This document shows positions 21,665 through 33,156 of a stretch of 64,000 bases of DNA, one piece after another. Source of the DNA: Azolla caroliniana (Eukaryota; Plantae; Polypodiophyta); contig JBHGNT010000007.1 of NCBI GenBank assembly GCA_043228905.1, positions 19,716,001 to 19,780,000 of the forward strand, in the 5' to 3' direction. The notes under the pieces were generated by a model. It did no database searches and had not been told where the DNA came from. It saw only the letters and a program-made list of their open reading frames with translations. A program made the position numbers and the translations under genes. Position 1 is the stretch's first letter; every line of letters starts with the position of its first letter.

Positions 21665-22626
21665 TGTCATGAAGAAAACATTTTGGTTATCAAGAATCAA
21701 ACCCACGACTTCTTGGTCTATGTGATGAACCCTTAACCATTGTAATAACATATATGTTGTGATTATAATAATTATGTTTCTAGTTATTACAAGATATTAG
21801 AATATTCTAGAACATTCTAGATTATTCTAGAACATCCTTTAATATTTCATGATTATATTTCTTATCATAAAATCTAAAATATTCTAGAACATTCTAGATT
21901 ACTCCATAAGGACCTATAAATAATTGTTTATACATTCGGTTCAAACTGTCGAGACTCATGGGTAGAAGATAGAGTGAGAGCGAGAGGGAGAGCTAAAACC
22001 CAGCCAGGAAAAGAGCCTCCATGGGGGCCAATTTATAACCTTTCGCCCACGGAGTTAGAGGTTCTTCGAGAATATATAGATGAGAACCTGGCAAATGGTT
22101 TTATCCAACATTCAAGCTCTCCTGTTGGTGCACCCATCTTTCTTCAGCAAGAGATCTTGAATGTTGGATAAAACCATTTGCCAGGTTCTCATCTATATAT
22201 TCTCGAAGAACCTCTAACTCCGTGGGCGAAAGGTTATAAATTGGTCCCCATGGAGGCTCTTTTCCTGGCTGGGTTTTAGCTCTCCCTCTCGCTCTCACTC
22301 TATCTTCTACCCATGAGTCTCGACAGTTTGAACCGAATGAGTTGAAACGAATGTATAAACAATTATTTATAGGTCCTTATGGAGTAATCTAGAATGTTCT
22401 AGAATATTTTAGATTTTATGATAAGAAATATAATCATGAAATATTAAAGGATGTTCTAGAATAATCTAGAATGTTCTAGAATATTCTAATATCTTTGTAA
22501 TAACTAGAAACATAATTATTATAATCACACAACATATATGTTAAATTACAATGGTTAAGGGTTCAACACATAGACCAAGAAGTCGTGGGTTTGATTCTTG
22601 ATAACCAAAATGTTGTCTTCATGACA
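21665..22626. mobile_element. Palindromic (fold-back) LTR-derived element carrying a gypsy RT fragment
   Basis: TGTCATG...CATGACA termini, arms of about 460-480 bp, loop about 22128-22144, flanks CCTCT/CCTCC. The same peptide [38 protein letters not shown] is encoded on both strands. Confidence 0.9.
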
Positions 22627-22869
22627 CCTCCGGCCCCTCGTGGTCTTGTGATTTGGGTAAAAGCATGGGAATGGAAACACTATTATAGCTAATTAGTTGC
22701 TAAAATAGCCATAGTTATTTAGCTATTTGTTTGGCTAATTTTTTGTTGGCAAATCATAAGGATCGTTTAACAAAAAAAAAATCTTCATTACTTAAATACA
22801 CGTCATTTATTATGGTGAATAGGTAATTTATGTGAATACTAAAAAATTGAACTTTGGTTTCTGACATAG

Positions 22870-24236
22870 TGGAACTTGGGGAACAGTGCCCTCATCTAAA
22901 CTTGACTTAAACCGCTGTAATAGGATCTCGACAATGTTACCGCATTCTCCCCTACTTCGGGATTGAGGAATTTAGCCGACATGGATCTATTTTCCCAATT
23001 GGCCTTGGGTGTCTCAATCGGATCGACTCTATTTTCAACTCACATCTTGTCGACTTTGCCTTTTTTGACTCTCGTCGATTCGGCTTTGTCTTTGATGGCT
23101 TTGTCTTCGAGTTCGACTAGTGGACCTCTTACAAATTCGGAGTCGGCCGGTGTATTGTCGGCTTGATCGAGTTCGATTGTTTGTCGAATCTCCGATTTGG
23201 CCTGGTCGGTCGGTCTTTCTACGACTTCTCTGTCAATTTCGAAAAAGACATTTTTGCCCACCATTTTCTATTGGTTCCGCTCAGAGAGGATAGAGTCTTC
23301 ATTGAAGACCATGTCACCGCTTGGATCAATTTCCGATTCTCCCAGTCCCATAAGCGATAGCCGAAATCCCCATCGGTTCCATAACCGAGAAATATGCATT
23401 TTGTTGCATGGGGTGCCAACTTGGTCCGTTTCTCCCTAGGCTTCACATCCGAATATATGAAGCCTGTCATAGGTCGGCTATTTGCTTGACCATAGTACCT
23501 GTGGCACTTGAGCCTTATTGCTTTCAACGATGACAGATTGATTAGATATACTATCGTCTGCAATACTTCGGCCCAGAACTCACTTTAGTCTGGCTTGTTG
23601 GAGCATTGCCGTCACTCTTTCTTGGATCATTCGGCTAATCCGTTCTGCCACTCCATTTTGCATGGGCATGTAAGGAATGGTCTTTTGATGCCGGATCCCT
23701 TTGTCAGGTAAGTACTGCTTGAAGGCTTGGGAGGTATATTCGCCTCCTTTGTCGGAACGCAGTGTCTTCACTCTATGTCCCGACCGGTTCTCCACTTCAA
23801 TTAACCATCAAGCAAAGATCTCAACTGTTGTGTCTTGTTGGTAGACAGGTCCCTCCGGATGGGAAGGGAGAAGAACAGTGCCGACGAACAAACTCGGCCG
23901 AGGCTGAAACGGTATGAACCGGATGAGGAGTACCCGACTGCGGATAGTCGGATGGTGTAGGCCCGACTGTGGGAAGCCGGATGAGGAGTACCCGACTGCG
24001 GAGAGTCGGATGGTGTAGGCCCGACTGTGGGAAGCCGGATGAGGAGTACCCGACTGCGGAGAGTTGGATGGTGTAGGCCCGACTGCGGAGAGCCGGATGA
24101 AGCCCATCAAGGCTACATTTGTAAATAGCCGAAAAGTCATATTAGTATAAATATGACTTAGGGCAAACTTTTAGGTATAATGTTGTTATTATTATTCTTC
24201 CTTGTTGGTGCAAGAAGAAATTAGAGCGCGTAACTG

Positions 24237-24268
<32 letters not shown>

Positions 24269-26540
24269 CGAGGTCGTTGCCTCTGTTGTAACCGCCGCCT
24301 GTGGCGAAGATCTGTGAGCACGAGGTCGTTGCCTCAGTGATCTCACTATTGTATATTTCTACATAGTGACAGTTTGCAGGTTGTGGGCTGCCGTGGTTTT
24401 TCCCCCTATTTTGGGGTTTTCCACGTATACCTCCTGTGCACCATTTCTCTCCTTTTCTTTCGTGTCGCATTTTTTCATTACCTGTTTTTCTGTGCATGTA
24501 AAGAATCTCGGTTGTGGCCGAGCATCGGACATAAGGAACGTCGCGTTTCCAACACGTCTTTGGACCTAATCGAATAGGCCCAGACCTTCCGTGTGCAATC
24601 ATCGACGGATGTGATAAAGTATTGGGAGCCACCAAGAGATCTTTCGGGCATCGGCACACATATATCTGTGTGCACAAGCTCTAGGGGTGTCATATTGTCT
24701 CATAATGACTTCGGGTCTATTTCCCATATTGACAATGCTCACAGAAGTCCGTCTTTGCTTGGAGTTTCGGGATGTAGCCGACAGCCATTAGCCAATCGAG
24801 TCTGGATTGAGACATATGGCCGAGTTGGTCATGCCATAAGTTCGGGCCAGTCTTTTCGGCTACATTCACGAACCCTTCTAGATTGATCGCCATCATTGGG
24901 TACAAGTTGTTGTACTTGTGCCCACTTTCGATTCTTAGATTTCCTCGGTTGATCATCCGTGCCGACTCATGTAGAGTCGTTCGGTACCCATCTTCGGCTA
25001 ACATGTCGATGGAGACTCGACTCCTTTTCAGATCGGGTACGTGTTGAACTTGGTGCAGGGTGATCATGTTGCCATTCGGTAGTCGGATGGGGACCTCTCC
25101 GATCCCTGCGATTACACACTCCTGCCCGTTGTCGAGTCAAACTATGCCACTGGTGTCAGCCAAATAGTTAGAAAACCATTCGATGGTCGGGGTTTTACAT
25201 AAAATGTGGCGTCGGAGTCCAACAACCATATGTGTGCGTCTCGCACACTATAGAGAACTTCTCCGATCATCGAGTCCTCTAAGGACAGGATTTCTCCCGA
25301 TCGGGTGTCGACAACATTGACTTGGTTCCCAACTAGAGAGTGATTTGAGTTGGATCGTCCTCGATTCCACTCGGATCGCCGACCACTCTCTTTCCTCTTG
25401 ATTGACCAGCAATCAGAAACATTGTGATTGGCTTTTCTATACTTCGACCATTGTCGGGCCCCCCTCATTTTTTATCGACTTTGATTTCGACCGGTTTTGT
25501 CAGCTTATTCTCTCGATCAGTCGATCGACTCAGTCAAGTGGTGGGCTTATGCCGATTCGTCGATGGTGAGCACCATCGATTTTTGCCGAATATCCTCGGT
25601 GAGGACTTGGCCGATCGTCTCATCTAGATTTAGGATCGAACGGCTATTGGCAAATGTCGTGCAGAATACCTGTCAACTTGTCGGTAAGCTCGATAGGAGC
25701 GCAAGGGCTTTAACTTCTTCTTCAAAGTTAATCCCTTGGAAGGAGAGTTCAGACAACACCCGCCTGAAGGTGTTGATGTGAGAGGTTGGAGGATCTGACT
25801 CTCCCATCTTCATATTGAATAGTTGTCGAATAAATATGAGTTTCGACGAGGACTTCTTTTCGTATACAACTTGCGACTTCTCCCATAATGAGAAAGTTGT
25901 TGTCTCCTTGACCATGCTGAAGTAGACATTTTCGGCTAGGTGCATTCGGATGGTAGAGCGCGCGATTTCGTCTATGGATTACCACTCTTTGGCTATCATC
26001 GAAGTAGGTTTTTCGCTATCATGTCGAATGGCTTCGACTTGTCTTCTGATTATCAACACATCCTGCATCATCTCCTTCCACAAGGCAAAAGTTTTGCCAT
26101 CAAACTTTCGGATTTCAATCTTGTTCCGGATGTTGAAGCCATATTCTTTCTGGAATGGGAGATTTATTTTTATTATTTTTATTTTTTAAGCCTTGTGTTT
26201 CTTTTTCAGCGTCCTCTGTTGCTTTCGTTGCCGCTGAACAACAGGTTGCTCTAATACCACTTTTGAGAATGAATGCGCGGAAGCAAGTGAGAACCTATCG
26301 GTGAATGTGCACAACAAACAACACAGAGAATATGACAGATGATAAGATTGAAGCTTAGAAACATATCTAGCTCAAATGGAGGCTTTCGTTACTCTATAAC
26401 TGTCTCTCTCTCAAAGATTCAATATACAAGAATGATCAAGAGGTTCTTTTTACAACATTAGATTATCACTTATATACTAAGCCCTAACTATTTGGACGTG
26501 TTCACACACTAGGATACAAAGTGGAAGGAGTCAGCCTTTT
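22870..26540 (-). mobile_element. Degenerate, 3'-truncated Ty1/copia D (partial LTR, PBS, gag, protease, integrase)
   Basis: PBS TGGTATTAGAGC at 26259-26248; ALALLSSLP, WLLDSDAT, LELVHTDIC, LRSDKGGEY, QNGVAER, KCIFLGY. No RT seen; both boundaries approximate. Confidence 0.82.
23836..24554 (+). mobile_element. Solo LTR related to the copia B family
   Basis: TGTTGG...CCAACA termini, TSD TGTCT/CGTCT, homologous to 17148-17865, three 58-bp tandem units in U3. It sits inside the copia D integrase. Confidence 0.92.
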
Positions 26541-26544
26541 ATGC

Positions 26545-27076
26545 CAACAAAGGAAACTCTTCGCCTCTATGGTGATTTGCTTTGTCGGTAGCAGAGAATT
26601 CTTCTAACCCTCGTGCTCTGATACCATGTAAAAGAATATGTCTGGAATCTTGTGAGTTAACAACATTGTCGACTATATCGAGTAACAGACAACAGTTAGG
26701 TAAACACAGAGAATGGAGTACACAGCGAAAGAGTGAGAGAACGGACAACAAAAAACTTGCATTCATCTCTCTATATACAATGTGCTCAGTGAGCACTCTT
26801 TATACAAGTCCTCAAAAGGACTAAAAGAAGTTACACTGACATGTACTTCATTGCTCATAAATGAGTTACTGATACTGACTCCCAAAAATATTCCTACAAG
26901 GGATATCGGTCCTAACGGCTATCCGGCTCCCCCCGATTCGGCCCAGCCGATCGGTCTCCATCCGATCCGGCTCTCGGCTTCTTCAGTCGATCCAGGCCTA
27001 ACCGATCGGTTTCCATCCGATCCGGTTCTTGGCTTTTTCAGCCGATCTGACCCAAATTGAGCTTGCTCGCTCAACA
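26545..27076 (-). mobile_element. 5' LTR + PBS + short leader of a copia C-related element (truncated)
   Basis: Minus strand TGTTGAGCGAGCAAGCTCAA (27076)...CTTTTACA (26627), immediately followed by TGGTATCAGAGC (26626-26615) and a leader similar to copia C 10725-10756. Confidence 0.85.
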
Positions 27077-28150
27077 CCATTTGCAAATTTCTAGACCTGA
27101 ACCTAACTATTTAAATTGTTAAGATCTAGTTTTGATGGTCAAATTCGATTAAAATCAAACTGTTGTCGATAGCACAAAAGAAGAGAGTAAATTGGCTTAA
27201 AATACCCATGGGAAGAGATCAAATCAAGAATGAGGAGTTGCCCTTGGAAGGGAAGAAACTCTTTTAGAACAAAGAGTATATGTATATACACATTGTTATT
27301 TGGATGCCCTAGTTTCCCCAAGAGCTTAGATATGTGATGCTACCTTTAGTAGTAGAGAAGAATTTTTCAAATGTGCCTTTGTTTCCGAGATATAAAGAGA
27401 GTCCTATAGGTCATAATTGACCTTATAGAATAATAAAATCTATCTCACAAACTTGAGCGTCTACTTATTGAAGTCTTTAATAAGATTGATTCTCAGTACA
27501 AAATTCAAGACCTAAATGGTGCTTAGCACCACCAGCATGGTTGTTCCCACCACCAATCACATAACTTGGTTAAGGAGTGGAGTGTTCATACTATTTATCC
27601 TTGAGGGATGGGACCTAAGGAAGAATGCACCAGATCAATGGTAGCTTGATGGGAAGTCAGTTTTTATTGTAATAATTGTTCATAACTAATGAAAGGATAT
27701 TTTTCCAGGAAAAAAAAAAAGATTGACTCTCATCCCCACAATTTGGACGTGGCAGCATTTCCATGGCAATTCAACTTGCATTTCACCCCTAACCTTCTTA
27801 TAGAGTTGTTCGGCTTTTAACTGAACATTAGAGTGGAACTTGATGTTGATCTACTTTTCTACTCACATATCCACAAATTTTAAATGAAAGAATGGTCTAC
27901 ATCCTACCCATACAATAGTCAAGATTGGTTCCATGAAGTTATCAATCCACTCATAGAGCCTCCCGAAGTTCATGTGGTGCCTCCCTTTCTTCAACAACAC
28001 ACACACACACACAAAACCCAAGCACTTTTACACACTACATGAGCAACAAGACGCATCATTCATATGCTTTTCTTTTCATATTGTTTTTGTTCTCATTTCA
28101 AAGGTCAAGTGTCAACACTTGGGGTCGATTGTTTCCTGAGAACATCTGGA

Positions 28151-28152
<2 letters not shown>

Positions 28153-28195
<43 letters not shown>
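28153..28195. repeat. (TG)n microsatellite
   Basis: Read directly; a similar (CA)n(TG)n tract lies at 63367-63424. Confidence 0.9.
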
Positions 28196-28197
<2 letters not shown>

Positions 28198-28732
28198 CCC
28201 TTTCACATTCTATCAAGCTCCAATTTTGAATACAAAAGGAAGAGAGAGCTACAAAATACAAGGATACAAAAATAGAGCTCTCTCCCTCATATTCAAACAG
28301 GGTACTAACTGAGTTGCAGGTTCAAGCATTGTTATGGTACATCTTTTCGTTTACTTATACGTATGTACATGTATTTTGGGCATGTGTGTAGGTATGCATA
28401 TACATGCCTTTTTTACATGTATATATACTCTTTGGCTATGTACTTGTATGTATGTGTATATCTTACGTACATGTATGCGGGGGAAAGCTCCAATGTAGGC
28501 CAAACGTTCTTTTCTTTATAGGGAAAAATCGGAATGAACTGACCATATAATTATGGAAAAAATTGGAATGAACTGATCATATAATTTGTCAACATGGCCA
28601 TCTGAAGGAAATAAGGCAAACTGAAAGGTTTTTTGGAAATCAAAGAAAAGACCAGTGGAATTTCCGTAATTTGGACTATTTCTCTATGATGTGTATGTGT
28701 GGGCATCTGTATACATATATCTATCTTGTATG

Positions 28733-31700
28733 CCGCGAGGTAAAACTTGTATGCCGCGAGTCATACAAGCTCGTAAAGAGGGGCATCGTGCTTTCTACCG
28801 GGACGGACGTGTCATAATAAATGATCGTGCCGCCAATGGACGGCGTGTGGCCCATGTGACAGATAATAAACTTAGGATCACTTTATGGAACTGTAACGGC
28901 GCACTTTGGACACATCCTGGCCGTCTAGAGGAGATTTTGAAAGTATCTGATATACTTTTTGTAGTAGAAACACATCAAAGCCCAAATCAAGGACTGCCAC
29001 GAGTTGACGGTTTTCGTTGGGAATCTGTCTTTAGACAAACCTCACGTCGACACACTACTAGAGGGTCTGGGGGGGTTGCGATATTATTTCGGAAAGAGAT
29101 AAATAATAGGATAGAAATACTAAAGTCAGACCCAGAAGCCCGTTTTATGTGGGTGAAAGTCCTCACTAGTAAGGATCAGGTGATATTTATCGCAGTTTGT
29201 TACTTCCCCCCGAAAGGGTCCCGCTACAATATGGCTGGAGAGGCGAGTATAGTTGATGAAGGAACGCCACATGGGCCTTCTCCATACGAACCTTTGTCGG
29301 ATGACATAATCCGATATTCTTCTCAAGGGGAAGTCTTCCTGGTAGGAGATTTCAATGCGAGAACCCAGTCCCAACAATGCACAATATTTCAGATGGATAG
29401 AAACCTAGAAATGGTGAATGTCGACCCTTTAGCCTTAGGCATAACATGTACATCGAAGGATCAAGGTGCGGATGCCACAAGCTTTGGCCATCATCTGCTT
29501 GAACTTGGAAGCCGACACCAGATGATCATATATAATGGCTTAGCCAAGTGGCCGGGCTCGGAAGAGCTCACATGTTTCCCACATGGAGGAGGGGAAAGCA
29601 CCGTTGATTATCTAATAGGACGCCCTGAAGCTACCCACATGGTTAGCTCCTTCCAGGTGGCCCCATGCCCCATTGGGGCAGACCATACCTTCCTATACTT
29701 TGAGCTAAAATGTGACACCTCCCACACCACCAACTCTAGTAAACCAACCCATCACACTATAATACATTTCAGGCATGAGCTCGCGGACATCTACTCTCGA
29801 CATGTTCAAGCCCATCTTTCCTCGTTTGATTCTTCCTTGCCTTTAGAGAACCTCACTACAGAACTCACACACATCCTTCACTCAGCCGCCACTAGTAGCT
29901 TCCCATACACGAAAGACTCCAATCATAGTAGAATAGGGTCTATGCCACAAAACAAGTGGTATGACGAGGATTGTAGAGAGTTGTATAGACAACTTAAAGT
30001 ATCGCGACTCAGTGGTACTATCTCCTTAGTACAGGCTCGCAAAGAGATGCACAAGATGACACGTCGTAAAAGACGAGCTTGGGAAGCATCTCAATATTGG
30101 GAACTCTACCATATGCTCATGAGTAGGGATTGTGCCCTTGCATGGAAGAGACTACGGGAACCGAGACCACAAACACCCATCGAGGATCCCAATATTTGGC
30201 ACACATATACCGAGAGACTCTACCATGTCCCGAACCAACCACCCATTCCAATGCCCTCCACACCTCGACCTACCATGGGGACACTTTTCACGACCTCTAG
30301 GGTCACGAAGGTCATAAAAAAATTACAACATAGGAAATCCATGGACCACACAGGATTGCGAGCCGAGCACATCATATATGCTCGAGAGTGCCTAGCTCCC
30401 CTTCTCACTCTAATCTTCAACCGCGCCCTCGCCGAGGGTTTTCCACCACAATGGGCCATGAACACTGTGGCCCCTATACATAAAGGAGGGGACCCAATGG
30501 ACCCAAATACATATAGGACCATTATGATAGGTCATACGCTTGCTAAACTATATGGTGCAGTAATGGAAGCGGAGCTCAGTGATTATATGGAAACATTAAG
30601 TCTTCGAGCACCTGAGCAGGCTGGCTTTAGACGAGCCTTCTCCACTATTGACCACATCTTCACACTTAGGTGCTTAATTGACCAAACAAAGGCTCGTAAG
30701 AAGAAACTATATTGTTGCTTTGTGGACTTTCGCAAAGCCTTTGATACAGTTCCTAGGGAGAGGTTGTTTGATAGACTTAAGAGCTTGGAGATACCAAATG
30801 ACATGATTTGGGCCATTTATGCCCTATATGAGCAAGTCTGTGGGCGCGTAAGATGCCCAGGTGGCCTATCCGATTGTTTCACTAGCACCATTGGTGTAAA
30901 ACAGGGTTGCCCCCTATCACCGACTCTTTTTGGGATCTACATTGATGAGATCACTGATTTTATTGCTCGTAAGGGAGGCAAAGGAGTGGCTATTGGGGAT
31001 ACGCAAGTTAGTCTCTTACTCTACGCAGACGACATTGTCTTGCTCTCGGAGTCGGAACACGACCTACAAAAGCATCTTAATGCCCTAGATGACTTTTGTA
31101 CACAACGAGGACTGGTAGTGAATCTAGCGAAAACTAAAATCTTTCATACATCGTCCAGAGTTAGGAGTAAATGTCACCTCGTCCTCTCTCATAAACTAGT
31201 TGAGGTGGTGGGATCTTATGTATACTTGGGAGTCACTTTTAGTGCTCGCTCAGGTAAATTCTCGATGACCCAGGCAGCCAAAGATAGGCTAACGAGAGGA
31301 TATGCATCCCTCTCACTCTTAGAGAGACAATGCCACCAAGCATACTTTCAAGAGCCACGGACTAAGGGATGGCTTTTCGACTCATTAGTGACCCCGTCCC
31401 TCATGTATGCATCAGTAGTATGGGCTCCAGGTCTACCATCTTTCATGTGGACGCAATTGGAGAGACCTTTAGTGGTGATGTTATCACGTCAACTCCGAAG
31501 CAAATCGACAGTACCACATGACATTATTAGAGCAGAGTTTAGCCTACCCCCGATGTTAGTAGAAGCACTCTTTCAAGTGGTAGCTTTTATTCATCGGATA
31601 CATAGTCAACCACAAGATAGGATATCCCGTCGAGCCTTTGAGGCATCCCGATCCTTACATGTGTCTGGAGACACTAACTCTTGGTATAGCATTGTGGTGA

Positions 31701-32812
31701 GTTGGTTATTTGCAAATGGCATAGACATTAATAACCTACCTCCCCTTAAGTACAACCATGGGACTGATCAAACTTTAATCTCTCGTGAAGATCGTAATAA
31801 AGTGATACGCCAAGAAATATGGCAAATCTACACTCGATACAAATGGATCACCCCACGAGAGCCACTCCCATCTAAAATGGTGTACTATAAGGAACACTTC
31901 TTGCACTTCTCTAAGTTAGGGTTTATTACACGACCAAGATACCTAGATACTTTCTTATCAAATGCACTAAGGGTGGCCATTGGACAACTTAGGATATCAT
32001 CTCACCAACTTGAGATTGAGAATGGTCGAGCTAATAGAGTCCCTAGAGAGGAAAGGCTATGTAGGTTATGCCACATATAGATAGAGGATGAGTATCACTT
32101 CACATGCAAGTGCCCAACTTATGCCGAGATACGGGCGGAATACCAAGACATACTAGGACCCTCTCCCACCCTCTCCAAACTATTAGATACCCCGAGTGTA
32201 AAGAGACTAGGTAGGTATATCTTAGAGCTAAAACAACATAGGGAGGATAAATTACAAAGTGTTAATCATAACCCTTTTACTACTCATCAACATGTACCTA
32301 GTGTAATTTTTCAGGAACATGGGGAGACGATGAATGTGGATACACTTATGCCGCTCGGCCTCTCCCTTGAGGAAGCAGAAATACAAAGAGCAACCAAACG
32401 TCCTCGGATGTTGGGCTTCAACACAAGTCAACGTGGAGTAGAAAAGATTAAGAAGATAAGGGAACGTGAGCTACGTCGACTCGAAGCTATGGTTGGGGTA
32501 CCTCTTACATGGGGACCACGGGCCACATCCACATGGCAACCCTTTGACCCCCCGCTTCTCTTCGAGAGACTTGGATGGAAATGAAATTAGGCCTAGTATA
32601 GAATCATTCTCATTGTAGAACATGTTTTTTATATAGAACATGTTTGTTGTTTTCTTAGAACTATTTAGCTTAAACTCTATTTTATCTTATTTTTATTTTT
32701 ACTTTCGATGAATGGGTAAATATCCCATTTTTGTTGTACACCATTTGTCTCATGGGCCAATTTTGGCCTTAGAAGACGTTAATATATCTTTCTTTCTTTC
32801 TTTCTTTCTTTC
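28733..32812 (+). mobile_element. LINE 1, RTEX-like, 5'-truncated
   Basis: APE endonuclease (ITLWNCNG, GDFNAR, TVDY, ADH), RT (CFVDFRKAFD, GVKQGCPLSP, YADD), C-terminal CRLC...H..C knuckle, 3' GGCCAA/TTGGCC hairpin and (TTTC)n tail. Clade is assigned from recalled motifs. Confidence 0.9.
28749..32584 (+). pseudogene. LINE EN-RT-CCHC ORF with a premature stop at 32078-32080
   Basis: The 1129-aa ORF ends at TAG where the sister copy has GAG (CHIEIEDEYH). The frame continues to LFERLGWK* at 32584. Confidence 0.88.
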
Positions 32813-32870
32813 TATATGTATGTATACTTCTATACATGAATATATGTAATTACACAAACATATATAGATA

Positions 32871-32902
<32 letters not shown>

Positions 32903-33156
32903 CGTATGTGTGTATGTATGTATACATAATACACACATACGTTTACGTATACATATACATATACATATACGTATGTACATATTTATGCATGTATGTGTTT
33001 ATATGTATGTATATTGGTTCCAAAGTTCAGAGAACTTTTCAATAGCTTTTGAAACAAGGAACTTTTCAATAACATACGTAAAGCATTTCTTCCATTACCA
33101 TGACTACTGATTCTGATTCAGCACTACAAGAAGATGTAAAGATAACATGTGTACAG

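Noticed and set aside
21665-22626. Palindrome as a sequencing fold-back artefact or an ordinary MITE
   Set aside because: Unique sequence resumes on both sides with a near-perfect 5-bp TSD, the arms have diverged, and the content is LTR/RT-derived. An artefact is not fully excluded without reads.
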